64,000 nucleotides of DNA from Candidatus Bathyarchaeota archaeon (GTDB taxonomy: Archaea; Thermoproteota; Bathyarchaeia; Hecatellales; Hecatellaceae). The stretch covers positions 32,001-96,000 of the forward strand of contig JBQPWD010000005.1 in NCBI GenBank assembly GCA_052246995.1. Direction: 5' to 3'. Shown here piece after piece: positions 1 to 8,835 of this stretch; positions within the stretch are counted from its first letter, which is position 1; each line of letters opens with the position of its first letter. The translations under genes and the position numbers were made by a program. The notes below the pieces were generated by a model, which was not told where the DNA came from, did no database searches, and was given only the letters and a program-made list of their open reading frames with translations.

Positions 1-350
1 AAAGGCAGTTCAGACAGTTCAAGCCTATACCTGGTAAACTTTTCCCCTGATTCACTTGGAATCTCCAAGTTTGTAATTTTTCCTGCAACCGTAAAGCTGC
101 TTGTTTCCAGGATAACGGTTTTTTGGCTTTGATATAGGTTTAAAAGTTTCTGTATGTTCTCATTTACATTTTGACTTATCAAGCCTTCAATTGTGTAAAG
201 CGTTTCAGCCGTGCCTAAAGGCTGTAAAACTGTATGTCTAAAGGGTATTTGATGTCTAGCGTAGGTTTTAACTGGTTTTCTGGTTATTCTGGTTACGTTG
301 CCTATGTTTAAAAGGTCTATTACGTTTTCATCTAGGCCTATTTTAACCAT
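1..350 (-). CDS. Tail tube initiator/distal tail (Dit/GpU-like) protein, truncated by window edge; not in ORF track
   Basis: ATG at 350 overlapping upstream stop; open frame MVKIGLDENVIDLFNIGNVTRITRKPVKTYARHQIPFRHTVLQPLG...YRLELSELP to base 1; IP..LQ.LG pattern typical of GpU/Dit-like proteins. Confidence 0.6.
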   Translation of the reverse strand, partial: MVKIGLDENVIDLLNIGNVTRITRKPVKTYARHQIPFRHTVLQPLGTAETLYTIEGLISQNVNENIQKLLNLYQSQKTVILETSSFTVAGKITNLEIPSESGEKFTRYRLELSELP

Positions 351-2149
351 TCCTCAATCACCCTGATTTTTAAAACCTCATCCAAAATTGTTTCAGGTTT
401 ATCTCCAAGGGTTATACTCCAAACTTCCCCACCAGAGTCAAGGTTTATTGATATTTTCTGAACCTGGTAAGCCTTGTTTAAGCCTATTTTTCCACATTTA
501 ACCGTAATTTTATCTCCAACCTGGAAAATTTTGGTTGGGATAATTGTCAAGGTAACTGTTTCCCTTGGGTTTTTATACAGGTTTAAAAGGTTTAAGGCTA
601 GGGTTGAAGCCATACCTACATCTGTTATGTTCTTGTCAACCTTCACACTTTCCCTAACCCCATATGAAGCTTGACCTGGAAGGTCTTCGGCTAAAGCCTC
701 AATTCTACTTTCTCCTACAACTTCCCCTATCACTTTAACCTTGTTGACAATTTTTAAACCGTCTAAGGCTAGAGTAGGATTAAAATAGTCTTTTTCAGCA
801 TCTAAAACCACACTTGAACTTAAATCTTGCCCCCTAGTTTTCTTAAAATGCAGCCTTCCATCAACGTCAACCCAAAACTTTCCGTCAACTAGACTGGCCA
901 ACCTTTTTAAAGCTTCAAAAACAACTTCAAAATCAACTTCAAACTTGGTTACCAGGTCTTGCCTGAAAACTATACGCCAAGCGTGAAGTCTAGGGTAGTT
1001 TGCTTGTGAAGTTTGGAATTTAGCTTTCAGTTTGATTGCTGTTTGAGATATGTTTGTCATGTTGTAGGGTAGTTGACTTGGCAGGATATCCTGCACAACT
1101 ACGTTATTACTTGAATCTAGAATGTCAAATTTTAAGGTTTGATTGTTAAGCGTATAATCAGCCTCCAACCTATCCCAACAAATGAAGTTTGACGGCTGGA
1201 TTAGGCTGGAAGCCATATCTCCAGTTAAAGGTTGATATCTAACTTTTACACCTAAATCGTTGTTTGGTGCATCTGTCCATGTCTGACCAGAGTTATCTGA
1301 GTAGTGTCTCATACCGTAATCGTAAACACTTATAGGTGTACGTGGAGTATAAAGTGGGTTGCTTGATGATGCGTCAGGTGACCAGAAAATTACATATCTG
1401 GTTGTGTTTGCTGAAACGTAAACTGGATTTTCGAATTCAAATGTCTGCCAAATACTATACTTGACAAATTTTGTTGTTGAAGCTAAAATGTTACCTGTTA
1501 AACCATCCCTAAGCTGCACGGTAACATTATGTCCATAAGTAGAACTAAAAAATATGTTAAAACCATAGATATAGCCGTTTTCAGGAAGTTGAAAACTTTG
1601 AGCTTCTCTTCGTGTTGAACTTGTAATATCCATACCTGGATTCTCTGAATCATAGATAACATGCAACTTCTCGTTTGTTAAGCTTACATAGGCAGTTATA
1701 CCTGAACCGTAAACCTTAGTCTGGTTAAAAGTGTTAGGAGAGAATTCCGTATCTGTTTCCTGAACCCAGCGGGCGTAAACTGGAAAAGGATCCTGCACGG
1801 TTCCAAGTGTCAGGTCTGTTAGGCTTACCAGGTCTTGAACAATTTCTTTAACCTTCTTGTTTTCATAGGTTTTTTTGCCTGTAATTTTCCAGAAAAGTTT
1901 TTGGCTTAAATCTCTACCTGAAACAGTTAAAACCAGACCTTGACCTGTAAGTTTTAAAGTTTTCTTTTCTACCAGTCCCGTGAAAATCTTTAAACCATTC
2001 CTGTAAACTTCAACCTGGTCGCCTATGTTTATGTTTTCCAGGCTTGGAATGGAGATTTCAAAACTCTCGGGAGGGTAAAGTTCAAAATCAAGCCTTAAAC
2101 CTGTAAAAGGATGTTTTCTTTCAGCAATTTTAACTTCAAAAAAAGACAT
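338..2149 (-). CDS. Baseplate hub/Tal-like tail tip protein with inserted beta-rich domain
   Basis: N-terminal IFTGLVE...VSGRD and C-terminal FWVDVDGRLHF...NKVKVIG...SYGVRE hub motifs; directly downstream of TMP. Confidence 0.75.
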   Translation of the reverse strand: MSFFEVKIAERKHPFTGLRLDFELYPPESFEISIPSLENINIGDQVEVYRNGLKIFTGLVEKKTLKLTGQGLVLTVSGRDLSQKLFWKITGKKTYENKKVKEIVQDLVSLTDLTLGTVQDPFPVYARWVQETDTEFSPNTFNQTKVYGSGITAYVSLTNEKLHVIYDSENPGMDITSSTRREAQSFQLPENGYIYGFNIFFSSTYGHNVTVQLRDGLTGNILASTTKFVKYSIWQTFEFENPVYVSANTTRYVIFWSPDASSSNPLYTPRTPISVYDYGMRHYSDNSGQTWTDAPNNDLGVKVRYQPLTGDMASSLIQPSNFICWDRLEADYTLNNQTLKFDILDSSNNVVVQDILPSQLPYNMTNISQTAIKLKAKFQTSQANYPRLHAWRIVFRQDLVTKFEVDFEVVFEALKRLASLVDGKFWVDVDGRLHFKKTRGQDLSSSVVLDAEKDYFNPTLALDGLKIVNKVKVIGEVVGESRIEALAEDLPGQASYGVRESVKVDKNITDVGMASTLALNLLNLYKNPRETVTLTIIPTKIFQVGDKITVKCGKIGLNKAYQVQKISINLDSGGEVWSITLGDKPETILDEVLKIRVIEEWLK

Positions 2150-2152
2150 TTA

Positions 2153-3466
2153 CTATAATCCACCCTTCTTTTTCTCTATTTCATCGCCAAGTGTTTCCGC
2201 AAGCCGTATAATGTCAATCTCGCTTGAAACATTTTCAATATTCACGTTAATTTCCATAGGGTTTTCCCTGGTAACCGTTACACCTACCATCCGTCTAACC
2301 AGCTCATCCCAATAACCTAAGGTTTCAGGAGGCTTAACGGCTTCAACTGTTGCCACGTTTTTTTGAGTTATAAGCCTTCTAGTCATCTCATCCAGGTAGC
2401 CTAAAGTTTCACCAACATCTTTAGCCGTCTGTTTTTGCCCTAACATTCTCCTTCCAAGTTCATCCATCTTAAGCATGGCTTCAGTTGTAGCCTTGTTTAA
2501 GCCTTCCAAGGAAGTTTTAACGCTGGTAACAGATTCAACCACTTTTCTATTGGATTCCTCAATGCTTTTATTGTAGCCTAAAATGTTTTCTTTCAAAGTT
2601 TTCCAAGCATTATCAAGTCCAGGTAGGAGTGTTTTGGCAACAATGAAAAGGGGATTGTTTTCAACCCACCATAACAGCTTATCAGCCAACCAGGATAAAG
2701 CTCCCCATATCTGGTTACCAAGCCATTCAAAACCGTTTTTAATAGCCTCTAGTCCAGGTTTGATATGGTTTTCATAAATCCCTCCGAAAAACTGGCAAAA
2801 ACCTTCAACCTTCTCCCTAATCCCGCCCCAATTATTTGCCCAAGCTAATGCAAAAACACCTATGGCTGCAGTTAAAGCCATCAAAATTAGACCTATAGGT
2901 CCAAGGCTAACCATAAAACCTTGAATGGCAACTCCCGCAGCCTTGGTTGCAGGTATAAACGTGGCAATCTTAGCCATGCTTAAATTTTGAATTGCTGAGG
3001 TAACCAGGGGGACGGTTGATAAAGCCATTTGGATATATGCCTTGTTAACCTCTTCCTGTGCATTTTTCAACTGGTCTGAGGCTACTTGAACTCTAAGTTC
3101 CGCAGCCTGTAACTGTTCAAGTGTTAACCTATATTCTTCACTTCCTTCTTTACCCTGTTCAACCAGTTTATTCAGCTTTTCCTGTAGGTTGGCTACTTGA
3201 ACCCTAGCCTTGATTAAGGTGGCTTCAGCGGATGCAACCCTGGTTTGAGCGTCCCCTATACGGTCGTAGGCGTTGTAAAGATTCATGGCTGAGCTTACCA
3301 TGTTAGCCATGCTTGTAACAGCTTTTGCAGCCTGCTCCCTGGTAACCGTGAAAGTTTTTTCGGCTTGTTGTTCAAGTCCTTGAAGGTTTTGCCTAGCCTG
3401 GTCTAACCCTTCCTTAGTCTGGTCATAAGCCTTTAAATAAATAGCCACATCTACAGGTGTGGACAT
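2153..3466 (-). CDS. Tail tape measure protein (short, 437 aa)
   Basis: I.LKA.DQT N-terminus, coiled coil, GPIG..L.AL..AIG..A.AW..NWGGIRE motif, W/F-periodic repeats; follows the chaperones. Confidence 0.85.
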   Translation of the reverse strand: MSTPVDVAIYLKAYDQTKEGLDQARQNLQGLEQQAEKTFTVTREQAAKAVTSMANMVSSAMNLYNAYDRIGDAQTRVASAEATLIKARVQVANLQEKLNKLVEQGKEGSEEYRLTLEQLQAAELRVQVASDQLKNAQEEVNKAYIQMALSTVPLVTSAIQNLSMAKIATFIPATKAAGVAIQGFMVSLGPIGLILMALTAAIGVFALAWANNWGGIREKVEGFCQFFGGIYENHIKPGLEAIKNGFEWLGNQIWGALSWLADKLLWWVENNPLFIVAKTLLPGLDNAWKTLKENILGYNKSIEESNRKVVESVTSVKTSLEGLNKATTEAMLKMDELGRRMLGQKQTAKDVGETLGYLDEMTRRLITQKNVATVEAVKPPETLGYWDELVRRMVGVTVTRENPMEINVNIENVSSEIDIIRLAETLGDEIEKKKGGL

Positions 3467-3529
3467 GGAAAAACACTTTTCAAAATTTTTTTATAAAAAA
3501 CTAAGAGTAAAAACGCAGAAAATTGTAAA

Positions 3530-3742
3530 TTAAACTATTAACCCTAATTCTCGCCTTTTTAACCTAATTTGGTCTGAAAGGTGTAAGCTTAAAGCCTCTT
3601 TTTCCTCTTCAAAAGTTTCGCTTAGAAGTTTTAAATCCCAAGTTAAAAATTCAATAGGCCTATCCAGGAAAAAGCTTGGTGGAAGATTATAGTTTTTAGC
3701 TAGAATTTTAAATGTCTTTTTCAGGTTTAACAGGATTTCCAA
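3530..3742 (-). CDS. Tail assembly chaperone GT C-terminal extension, probably reached by +1 frameshift
   Basis: Overlaps upstream chaperone in +1 frame; LAKNYNLPPS resembles gpT-type motif; lies just before TMP. Confidence 0.7.
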   Translation of the reverse strand: MEILLNLKKTFKILAKNYNLPPSFFLDRPIEFLTWDLKLLSETFEEEKEALSLHLSDQIRLKRRELGLIV

Positions 3743-4079
3743 AGGCTGGTTGCCGAAAAAAGCTTAACTTTTCAACTATAGCCTGGAAAATTACCGCTCT
3801 ATCCTCCTCAAAAATCTCGTCAAACCCTATTTCACTTGGAATTTTAGGTTCTAAAACATATTCCTGGAAAAGTTCTTTCATCAATTCTCTAACCCTTTTA
3901 GCCAGCTCTAAAGTTTCAAGTTCATAAGGCTTTTCCAAACCATGTTTCCTTGAAAGCTCCAAAAAGGGGATTGAATCAGTTAAAACCCTAACCTTCACGG
4001 TTAAACCGTTAGGTGTATTCACAATTTTAACAGTTTTACGTCTATAATCCTCCAGAAAAACTTTCTTGGCTTTAACCAT
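3708..4079 (-). CDS. Tail assembly chaperone (gpG-like)
   Basis: Position between tail tube and TMP; in-frame TTT-TTT-CGG at 3761-3753. Confidence 0.7.
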   Translation of the reverse strand: MVKAKKVFLEDYRRKTVKIVNTPNGLTVKVRVLTDSIPFLELSRKHGLEKPYELETLELAKRVRELMKELFQEYVLEPKIPSEIGFDEIFEEDRAVIFQAIVEKLSFFRQPAFGNPVKPEKDI

Positions 4080-4124
4080 AAAAACACCACCTTTTTCAGC
4101 CTAGGTTTTTAGGATTTTTACTGT

Positions 4125-4602
4125 TTATTTTTGGTCAAGTTGATGTTGTTTACGGTATGCTGGTTTTCTTCCCTTAGCTTTGCAGTATTCTTCGTATGCT
4201 TGTCTGCTTAAGCTGTCAGCTTCCTTGTTTTGTTCTCTTGGAATCCATACAAAGAAAATGTTGGAAAAATGTTGAGTAAGCTTAACTGCCTCAACATAGT
4301 ATGGGTAGTATAAGCCTTCATATGCCTTCCACAACCTGTTCATCTGGTTGACAAGAAGTTGACTGTCTGAGAATATGACAACTTTTTCATTATGCCAACC
4401 ATGTTTAACCAGCTTTTTTAACGCCTTAACTAAGGCTGAATATTCTGCAACATTGTTACTCATTTCAGCACCCTCGCCTACAACACCCTTACCAGTAAAC
4501 AGTTTAACGTTATGCTTGTAAACAACAAAACCCCAACATGCAACTCCTCCAGGATTGACTGGTTCACTAGCAAAGCCCATCAATGTAGACTATGATGGGC
4601 AT
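4125..4602 (-). pseudogene. rnhA: Archaeal-type RNase HI disrupted by a 4-nt insertion
   Basis: SD GGAGGTG then ATG 4602: MPIIVYIDGLC-TAG; other frame continues EPVNPGG...SNNVAEY...SDSQL...WIPREQNKEADSLS. Confidence 0.85.
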
Positions 4603-4658
4603 TGTTTCACCACCTCCATTTTTCTGGTAAGGAAAAACTGTAAAGGGGAAAATGGTTG

Positions 4659-5390
4659 TTAAAACCATTTTTCAATCTTTCCTTGGCTTTTTTCCGTTAA
4701 AAATGGGGATAGTTCTTTTTTTATGAAGTAGTTTACTCCATGTTTATCCATAAACTCAACCAGTTTTGGCAACTCAGTTTTATAGTATTCTGGATGTAGC
4801 GGCCTGAGTTTGTAGTTGTGTGAACCTACAATCCACCAGTCAACTGTATCCATCAGTTTTTCAACTATGATTATAGGGTTGGTGTAGTCTTTAAGCCAAG
4901 GTTCAAGGGATATAAAGGTTTTAATACCTAAGTTTTTAGCCTTTTTTAAAGCTTGAATTCTCAATTCAGGCGGAGGGGCGTAGGGTTCATAAGGGTTTTT
5001 TGTCAAGCTTACAATTGTAAACCCAACCTGGACGTTTTTATACTGCAATATTAAGTCGTAGTCTTTTTCAACAAGGTTTGACTTTGTTAAAATTAAAATT
5101 TCATGTTTAGACTGTAAAAGCCTTTCAAGCCAAAACCTTGTTTGCCTTAAAATCCAGTCTACAGCCTGGTAGGCATCACCTATATCTTCAAAAAAAACTT
5201 TACCTTTAGGTTGTTTAACAAGCCCCCTAAACCTTTCCTCATTATTTTTTAACAGTTTAGGGTTTTTCCAGTCATCAGTCCACCTTACCTGCCTATTCAT
5301 GTCTTTAGCGTAACAGTAAAGGCAGTCATGAATACATCCAGCAAAAAAGTTGAAAACATAGTTACACCAGTCTACACCTGAAAGCCTCAA
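4659..5390 (-). CDS. Radical SAM protein, SPL-like/DUF5131 (Gp37/Gp68)-related
   Basis: GCIHDCLYCYA CxxxCxxC motif, DAYQ, ILILTKS, EP.AP.P..R, SLEP. Confidence 0.85.
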   Translation of the reverse strand: MRLSGVDWCNYVFNFFAGCIHDCLYCYAKDMNRQVRWTDDWKNPKLLKNNEERFRGLVKQPKGKVFFEDIGDAYQAVDWILRQTRFWLERLLQSKHEILILTKSNLVEKDYDLILQYKNVQVGFTIVSLTKNPYEPYAPPPELRIQALKKAKNLGIKTFISLEPWLKDYTNPIIIVEKLMDTVDWWIVGSHNYKLRPLHPEYYKTELPKLVEFMDKHGVNYFIKKELSPFLTEKSQGKIEKWF

Positions 5391-5433
5391 AAACCATCAA
5401 AAAACTTGGCAAACAATTAAAATTTAAACTTTG

Positions 5434-6336
5434 CTAGTAGCTTGAAATGTTATTCTTCAGCTTTAAGGCAACCTCGTATTGGCTGGTTGAATCGTAGAGG
5501 ACAAGCATGGGTGCAGTTATCCTTAAAGGTTCATTACGGTCTATATGGGGTGCTGCGTCGCTCCTGATAACCATTTTTGGCAGGTGAATTTCAAACTCAT
5601 AGGTGCCTTTAGTGAATTTTAAGCTTAGTGAAACCTCGTTTCCAGCTAAGAATTTATCATATTCGCTTGTATCTGGAAAAGCCATTTCCAACTCAGCCTC
5701 AACAGTCCTACCACGTACAACCATGGTTGTAGGTGTATTATCGCTAAAACCGTATAGTTCATCTTCAGGAATGTTGTTGTTTATTGTCAGCCTTAAGGCT
5801 TTGAGATACTTGGACCTGTCTATACCAGCCAGGGTTAAAACTCCTTCCTTGAAAACGAATGGTGCTAATGTTGAAATTGTAGGTGTATAGTTTGAAGTGT
5901 CCTTTTCCTCTTTTTTGGCTATGATGTCTATGCCTCCCGTGACAATGTCTAAGGCTGTTTCAATTGTAAGCCTGTTTATCAGGCAGCCTGTTATTCTTCT
6001 CTGGACTGTTTCGCTTTTAACAATCATGCTGAAGCTTTTAATCGTGTCTGCACCTTTAAAGGTGTGTTGATATGGTCCTGTACCTGTGGTTGTAACCGAA
6101 CCTAAAGCCCACTTAAAAAATTGGCCGACATTTTCAGGTTCAACTGTAAAATCTATGCTTCCAGTAACCCTGCTCCTTCCTTCAACATACTTTCTAATAT
6201 CCCTGGAATAGACTGTTTCAACTGGTATATAGCCCTTGTCAAAGCTAACCCTTTCCCGTAGAATGTCTACGTATCTGCTTGGGGATACAAATGTTCCATA
6301 GCTTGTTTCCTCAGCTACACCTATCCATCTAGACAT
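5434..6336 (-). CDS. Major tail tube protein
   Basis: IGVAEETSYGT N-terminus, Y.HTF, GC.IN.LTI, LTINNN motifs of siphovirus tail tube family. Confidence 0.85.
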   Translation of the reverse strand: MSRWIGVAEETSYGTFVSPSRYVDILRERVSFDKGYIPVETVYSRDIRKYVEGRSRVTGSIDFTVEPENVGQFFKWALGSVTTTGTGPYQHTFKGADTIKSFSMIVKSETVQRRITGCLINRLTIETALDIVTGGIDIIAKKEEKDTSNYTPTISTLAPFVFKEGVLTLAGIDRSKYLKALRLTINNNIPEDELYGFSDNTPTTMVVRGRTVEAELEMAFPDTSEYDKFLAGNEVSLSLKFTKGTYEFEIHLPKMVIRSDAAPHIDRNEPLRITAPMLVLYDSTSQYEVALKLKNNISSY

Positions 6337-6339
6337 TTT

Positions 6340-6594
6340 TTACTTTACCACCTCCTCCAAGTTTTGGTTTTCAAGTTCACGTTTAAGCTGTGTAAGTTTC
6401 ACTTCCGCCCTTCTCATGGCAACCTGTTTTTTAATGTTTTTTACAATATCCTCTTTTTCCACGTCAACAGGAAAAGCTAGGCTGGATTTTTCAACATTTC
6501 CACCTGCCAAGTCATAGCTAAAGTTTACAACTATTTGCATGTTTTCCATGTCAAAATCTACACTTTCAACTTTAATCATTTTTCTTTTTTCCAC
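6340..6594 (-). CDS. Viral hypothetical protein
   Basis: ORF with AGGAG SD, packed between terminator and tail tube genes. Confidence 0.6.
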   Translation of the reverse strand: MEKRKMIKVESVDFDMENMQIVVNFSYDLAGGNVEKSSLAFPVDVEKEDIVKNIKKQVAMRRAEVKLTQLKRELENQNLEEVVK

Positions 6595-6600
6595 CTCCTT

Positions 6601-7011
6601 CTAAACTGTTTTTAAAGCTGTAACTGTAACTAAAGCTCCCACAATAATTCCACCCTTCTCCAACCCTCCCGCTTCACTTGATATTTCGCTTACATAGGCA
6701 TAATCAACAAGACCGTCAAGGCTGAGGTTTTCAGTTAAAACCTGGTCAACCCTTTCAACCATACTTAGAACATTTATTTCAGCCTCATCTTCACGCATTT
6801 TCGCATCCACAACAAGAATTTCGAAAAACATTTCATATCTTTCCTTAAGTGTTGTTTCACTTGTAACCCTACACCCTCTAAACTTTACACCAATATAAGG
6901 GAAAACTTGAGGTTCAACTGGAAAACCAAAATACCATTTCCTAACCTTAGCTGCAAGTTCTTCATCATTTTTCAATAAATCTAAAATTTTGTTTATGATT
7001 TCCTCAAACAT
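6601..7011 (-). CDS. Tail terminator (gpU/gp17-like)
   Basis: 136 aa, FPYIGV, L..N.SLDGLV motif; upstream of tail tube. Confidence 0.7.
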   Translation of the reverse strand: MFEEIINKILDLLKNDEELAAKVRKWYFGFPVEPQVFPYIGVKFRGCRVTSETTLKERYEMFFEILVVDAKMREDEAEINVLSMVERVDQVLTENLSLDGLVDYAYVSEISSEAGGLEKGGIIVGALVTVTALKTV

Positions 7012-7096
7012 TTAAAAAAACACTTTAAGGTTAAGCTTAAACTTAAAACCAACCTAAAAAAATAAAAAAGTAAAAACTGGAAAAATGTTAAAACAT

Positions 7097-7225
7097 CTAT
7101 CCCTTTAATGCGTCCCAGCAACTTTTGCAGTAGAATCTAACGTAGTCTTCCATCTCAACCTTAATAAAATCTTTTTTATTGTTAATCACTTTTTGGCAGT
7201 TGTAACAGTAAACTTCGCTGGACAT
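7097..7225 (-). CDS. 42-aa CxxC...CxxC Zn-finger microprotein, paralog of 7374-7580; not in ORF track
   Basis: MSSEVYCYNCQKVINNKKDFIKVEMEDYVRFYCKSCWDALKG*, preceded by GGGGGTTAATGG. Confidence 0.75.
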   Translation of the reverse strand: MSSEVYCYNCQKVINNKKDFIKVEMEDYVRFYCKSCWDALKG

Positions 7226-7279
7226 TTACCATTAACCCCCTTTTATCCCTTAAATTTTCCTTCAAAAAGTAATTAAAGC

Positions 7280-7384
7280 TTACCTTCCAAATGTTCTGTT
7301 TTTAAGCTTAAACAGCCAATTTTCACAAGCTGGAAAGTTTACACATTCCTCATTTTTACAGTAAAAAGTTAACCTATCTGACAA
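7280..7384 (-). CDS. Possible 34-aa Cys-containing microprotein
   Basis: TTG start overlapping upstream gene end; MSDRLTFYCKNEECVNFPACENWLFKLKNRTFGR*. Confidence 0.35.
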   Translation of the reverse strand: MSDRLTFYCKNEECVNFPACENWLFKLKNRTFGR

Positions 7385-7580
7385 CGGTTCTTAACTCTTC
7401 AGTTTTTATGGTTTCACTATACCGAGTTTTAGGTGTTCGAGCATGTAACCGTCTACTTTTTAACATACTCCAACAACTTTTACAGTAAAACTTGATCCTA
7501 CCGTCTACCCTAACCTTAACAACGTCTTCCCTATTGCCAACTACCTTTTGACATTCGTAGCAGTATACTTCGCTGAACAT
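7374..7580 (-). CDS. Zn-finger microprotein
   Basis: CYEC...CKSC; SD GGAGGTTGATGG. Confidence 0.75.
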   Translation of the reverse strand: MFSEVYCYECQKVVGNREDVVKVRVDGRIKFYCKSCWSMLKSRRLHARTPKTRYSETIKTEELRTVVR

Positions 7581-7640
7581 TTAACCATCAACCTCCAAGT
7601 TTTTTAACCATTTTAACAGTTCAACTCTGACATTGTAGTT

Positions 7641-7666
7641 TTTAACTCTAATATATTAGAGTTAAA
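7641..7666. promoter_or_regulatory. Perfect 26-bp palindrome, candidate operator
   Basis: TTTAACTCTAATATATTAGAGTTAAA equals its own reverse complement; ~60 bp upstream of the Zn-finger genes. Confidence 0.55.
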
Positions 7667-7789
7667 GCAGGCTTTTAAATTTTCAATAAAATTTATAAAA
7701 AACAACAAATAAATATTAACCCCTTTAAAATGCTTGTTTTTAAGCCTAAACCAGTCTGAAGGTATCAAAATTACGCTTAAAGGTGTAAA

Positions 7790-7996
7790 TCAACCTTGCT
7801 TTTCCAACATTAAATCTAGAATTTTTTTGAAAACGACATCGCTTAACCTTTCAGGTAGACTTTTAACTTTTATACTGTAGTTTTGATATTTTATTTCAGG
7901 TTCTTCTATTTGTATTTTCAACAGGAAAAGGTTGTAAAGCTTTACAGCCTCAAAAATCTTGTTTAAAATCTCCTCTTCTGCCATTTTTTTATTCAC
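7790..7996 (-). CDS. Viral hypothetical protein
   Basis: ORF in operon with GGAG SD. Confidence 0.55.
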   Translation of the reverse strand: MNKKMAEEEILNKIFEAVKLYNLFLLKIQIEEPEIKYQNYSIKVKSLPERLSDVVFKKILDLMLEKQG

Positions 7997-7999
7997 CTC

Positions 8000-8218
8000 C
8001 TACAAGAGAGTTAAAAAAATGCTTGTAAATGTTAAACCAAGCGAATACTCTAAAATGTCTCCAATAAAAAACTCAAATTTTTCTTTTGGACGTTTCAGAA
8101 TAAACTCGATAAACTCGTAAAAAATGAATAAAACAAAAATTAAAGGAAAAATCAGGGTTAAAACTCCAAGCACTGTATGGATAAGACTCCAAACATCGTC
8201 AAAAACTTCAACCTTCAA
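8000..8218 (-). CDS. Small viral membrane protein
   Basis: D.WSL.H...G and YE..E....DILEY..G pattern, hydrophobic helices. Confidence 0.65.
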   Translation of the reverse strand: MKVEVFDDVWSLIHTVLGVLTLIFPLIFVLFIFYEFIEFILKRPKEKFEFFIGDILEYSLGLTFTSIFLTLL

Positions 8219-8421
8219 CTTTTCTCGCCATAGGTATATGTATAATACCTGGTTTCCAGGGTTTGTAAAGCCATAAAAATATTATACTCTAATGCTTTTA
8301 AAATCCATACAATCTCCATCACCGTTAAATTTTCCAGTAGCTTTTCAATTTCCTTTAAAACTTGGTTTAGCTTTTTTAAGTCAACTTTAACCTCTATTTT
8401 AGGCTTATTTTGGTTTTCCAT
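8215..8421 (-). CDS. Viral hypothetical protein
   Basis: Translationally coupled ORF. Confidence 0.55.
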   Translation of the reverse strand: MENQNKPKIEVKVDLKKLNQVLKEIEKLLENLTVMEIVWILKALEYNIFMALQTLETRYYTYTYGEKS

Positions 8422-8424
8422 TTT

Positions 8425-8835
8425 TCACCCCTTTATAACCAGTTGTTTTAAAACTTCAACCAGTCTTTGTCTAGCCTCACCTAGGCTTTTTGCAACCCAT
8501 TTTTGGCCTTTAAAACCTGGATGTTCAACTTTTCTTGTGAAAACAGTTTTTTTGCCAACCTTGAAAACTAAAACCTTAGCCTTTTTAGGTAGAATTGTAT
8601 AAGGTTTAACCCCATATTCCGTATATTTCCAATGGGGAGTCATTAGAATGTTTAAGCCTCTTACGGTTATGCTTCTCCTAAGCCTACCAGTCTTAACTGT
8701 AACATTACGTCTTAAAGTTTCAGCAATAACTTCACCTAGTTTTATACTTTTAGGGATGTTTTCAATGTTAAGTCTAAGCCTTCCAAGCAGTTTTAAAACT
8801 TCATCGGTTTTAACAACTATCTCCAGTTTTTTCAA
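8425..8835 (-). CDS. HK97 gp10-like neck/tail-completion protein
   Basis: VKTGRLRRSI...EYGVKPYTI.PK..K.L.F...V.HPG motif. Confidence 0.85.
   Translation of the reverse strand: MKKLEIVVKTDEVLKLLGRLRLNIENIPKSIKLGEVIAETLRRNVTVKTGRLRRSITVRGLNILMTPHWKYTEYGVKPYTILPKKAKVLVFKVGKKTVFTRKVEHPGFKGQKWVAKSLGEARQRLVEVLKQLVIKG

Noticed and set aside
3700-3780. Classical -1 slippery heptamer for the tail chaperone
   Set aside because: Downstream ORF is in the +1 (equivalently -2) frame, not -1
4567-4569. Pyrrolysine/amber readthrough in RNase HI
   Set aside because: TAG is followed by TGA and the remainder is in another frame, so readthrough cannot restore the protein
5434-6336. Contractile tail or tailocin/eCIS
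   Set aside because: No sheath or baseplate wedge gene seen; head and packaging genes are present
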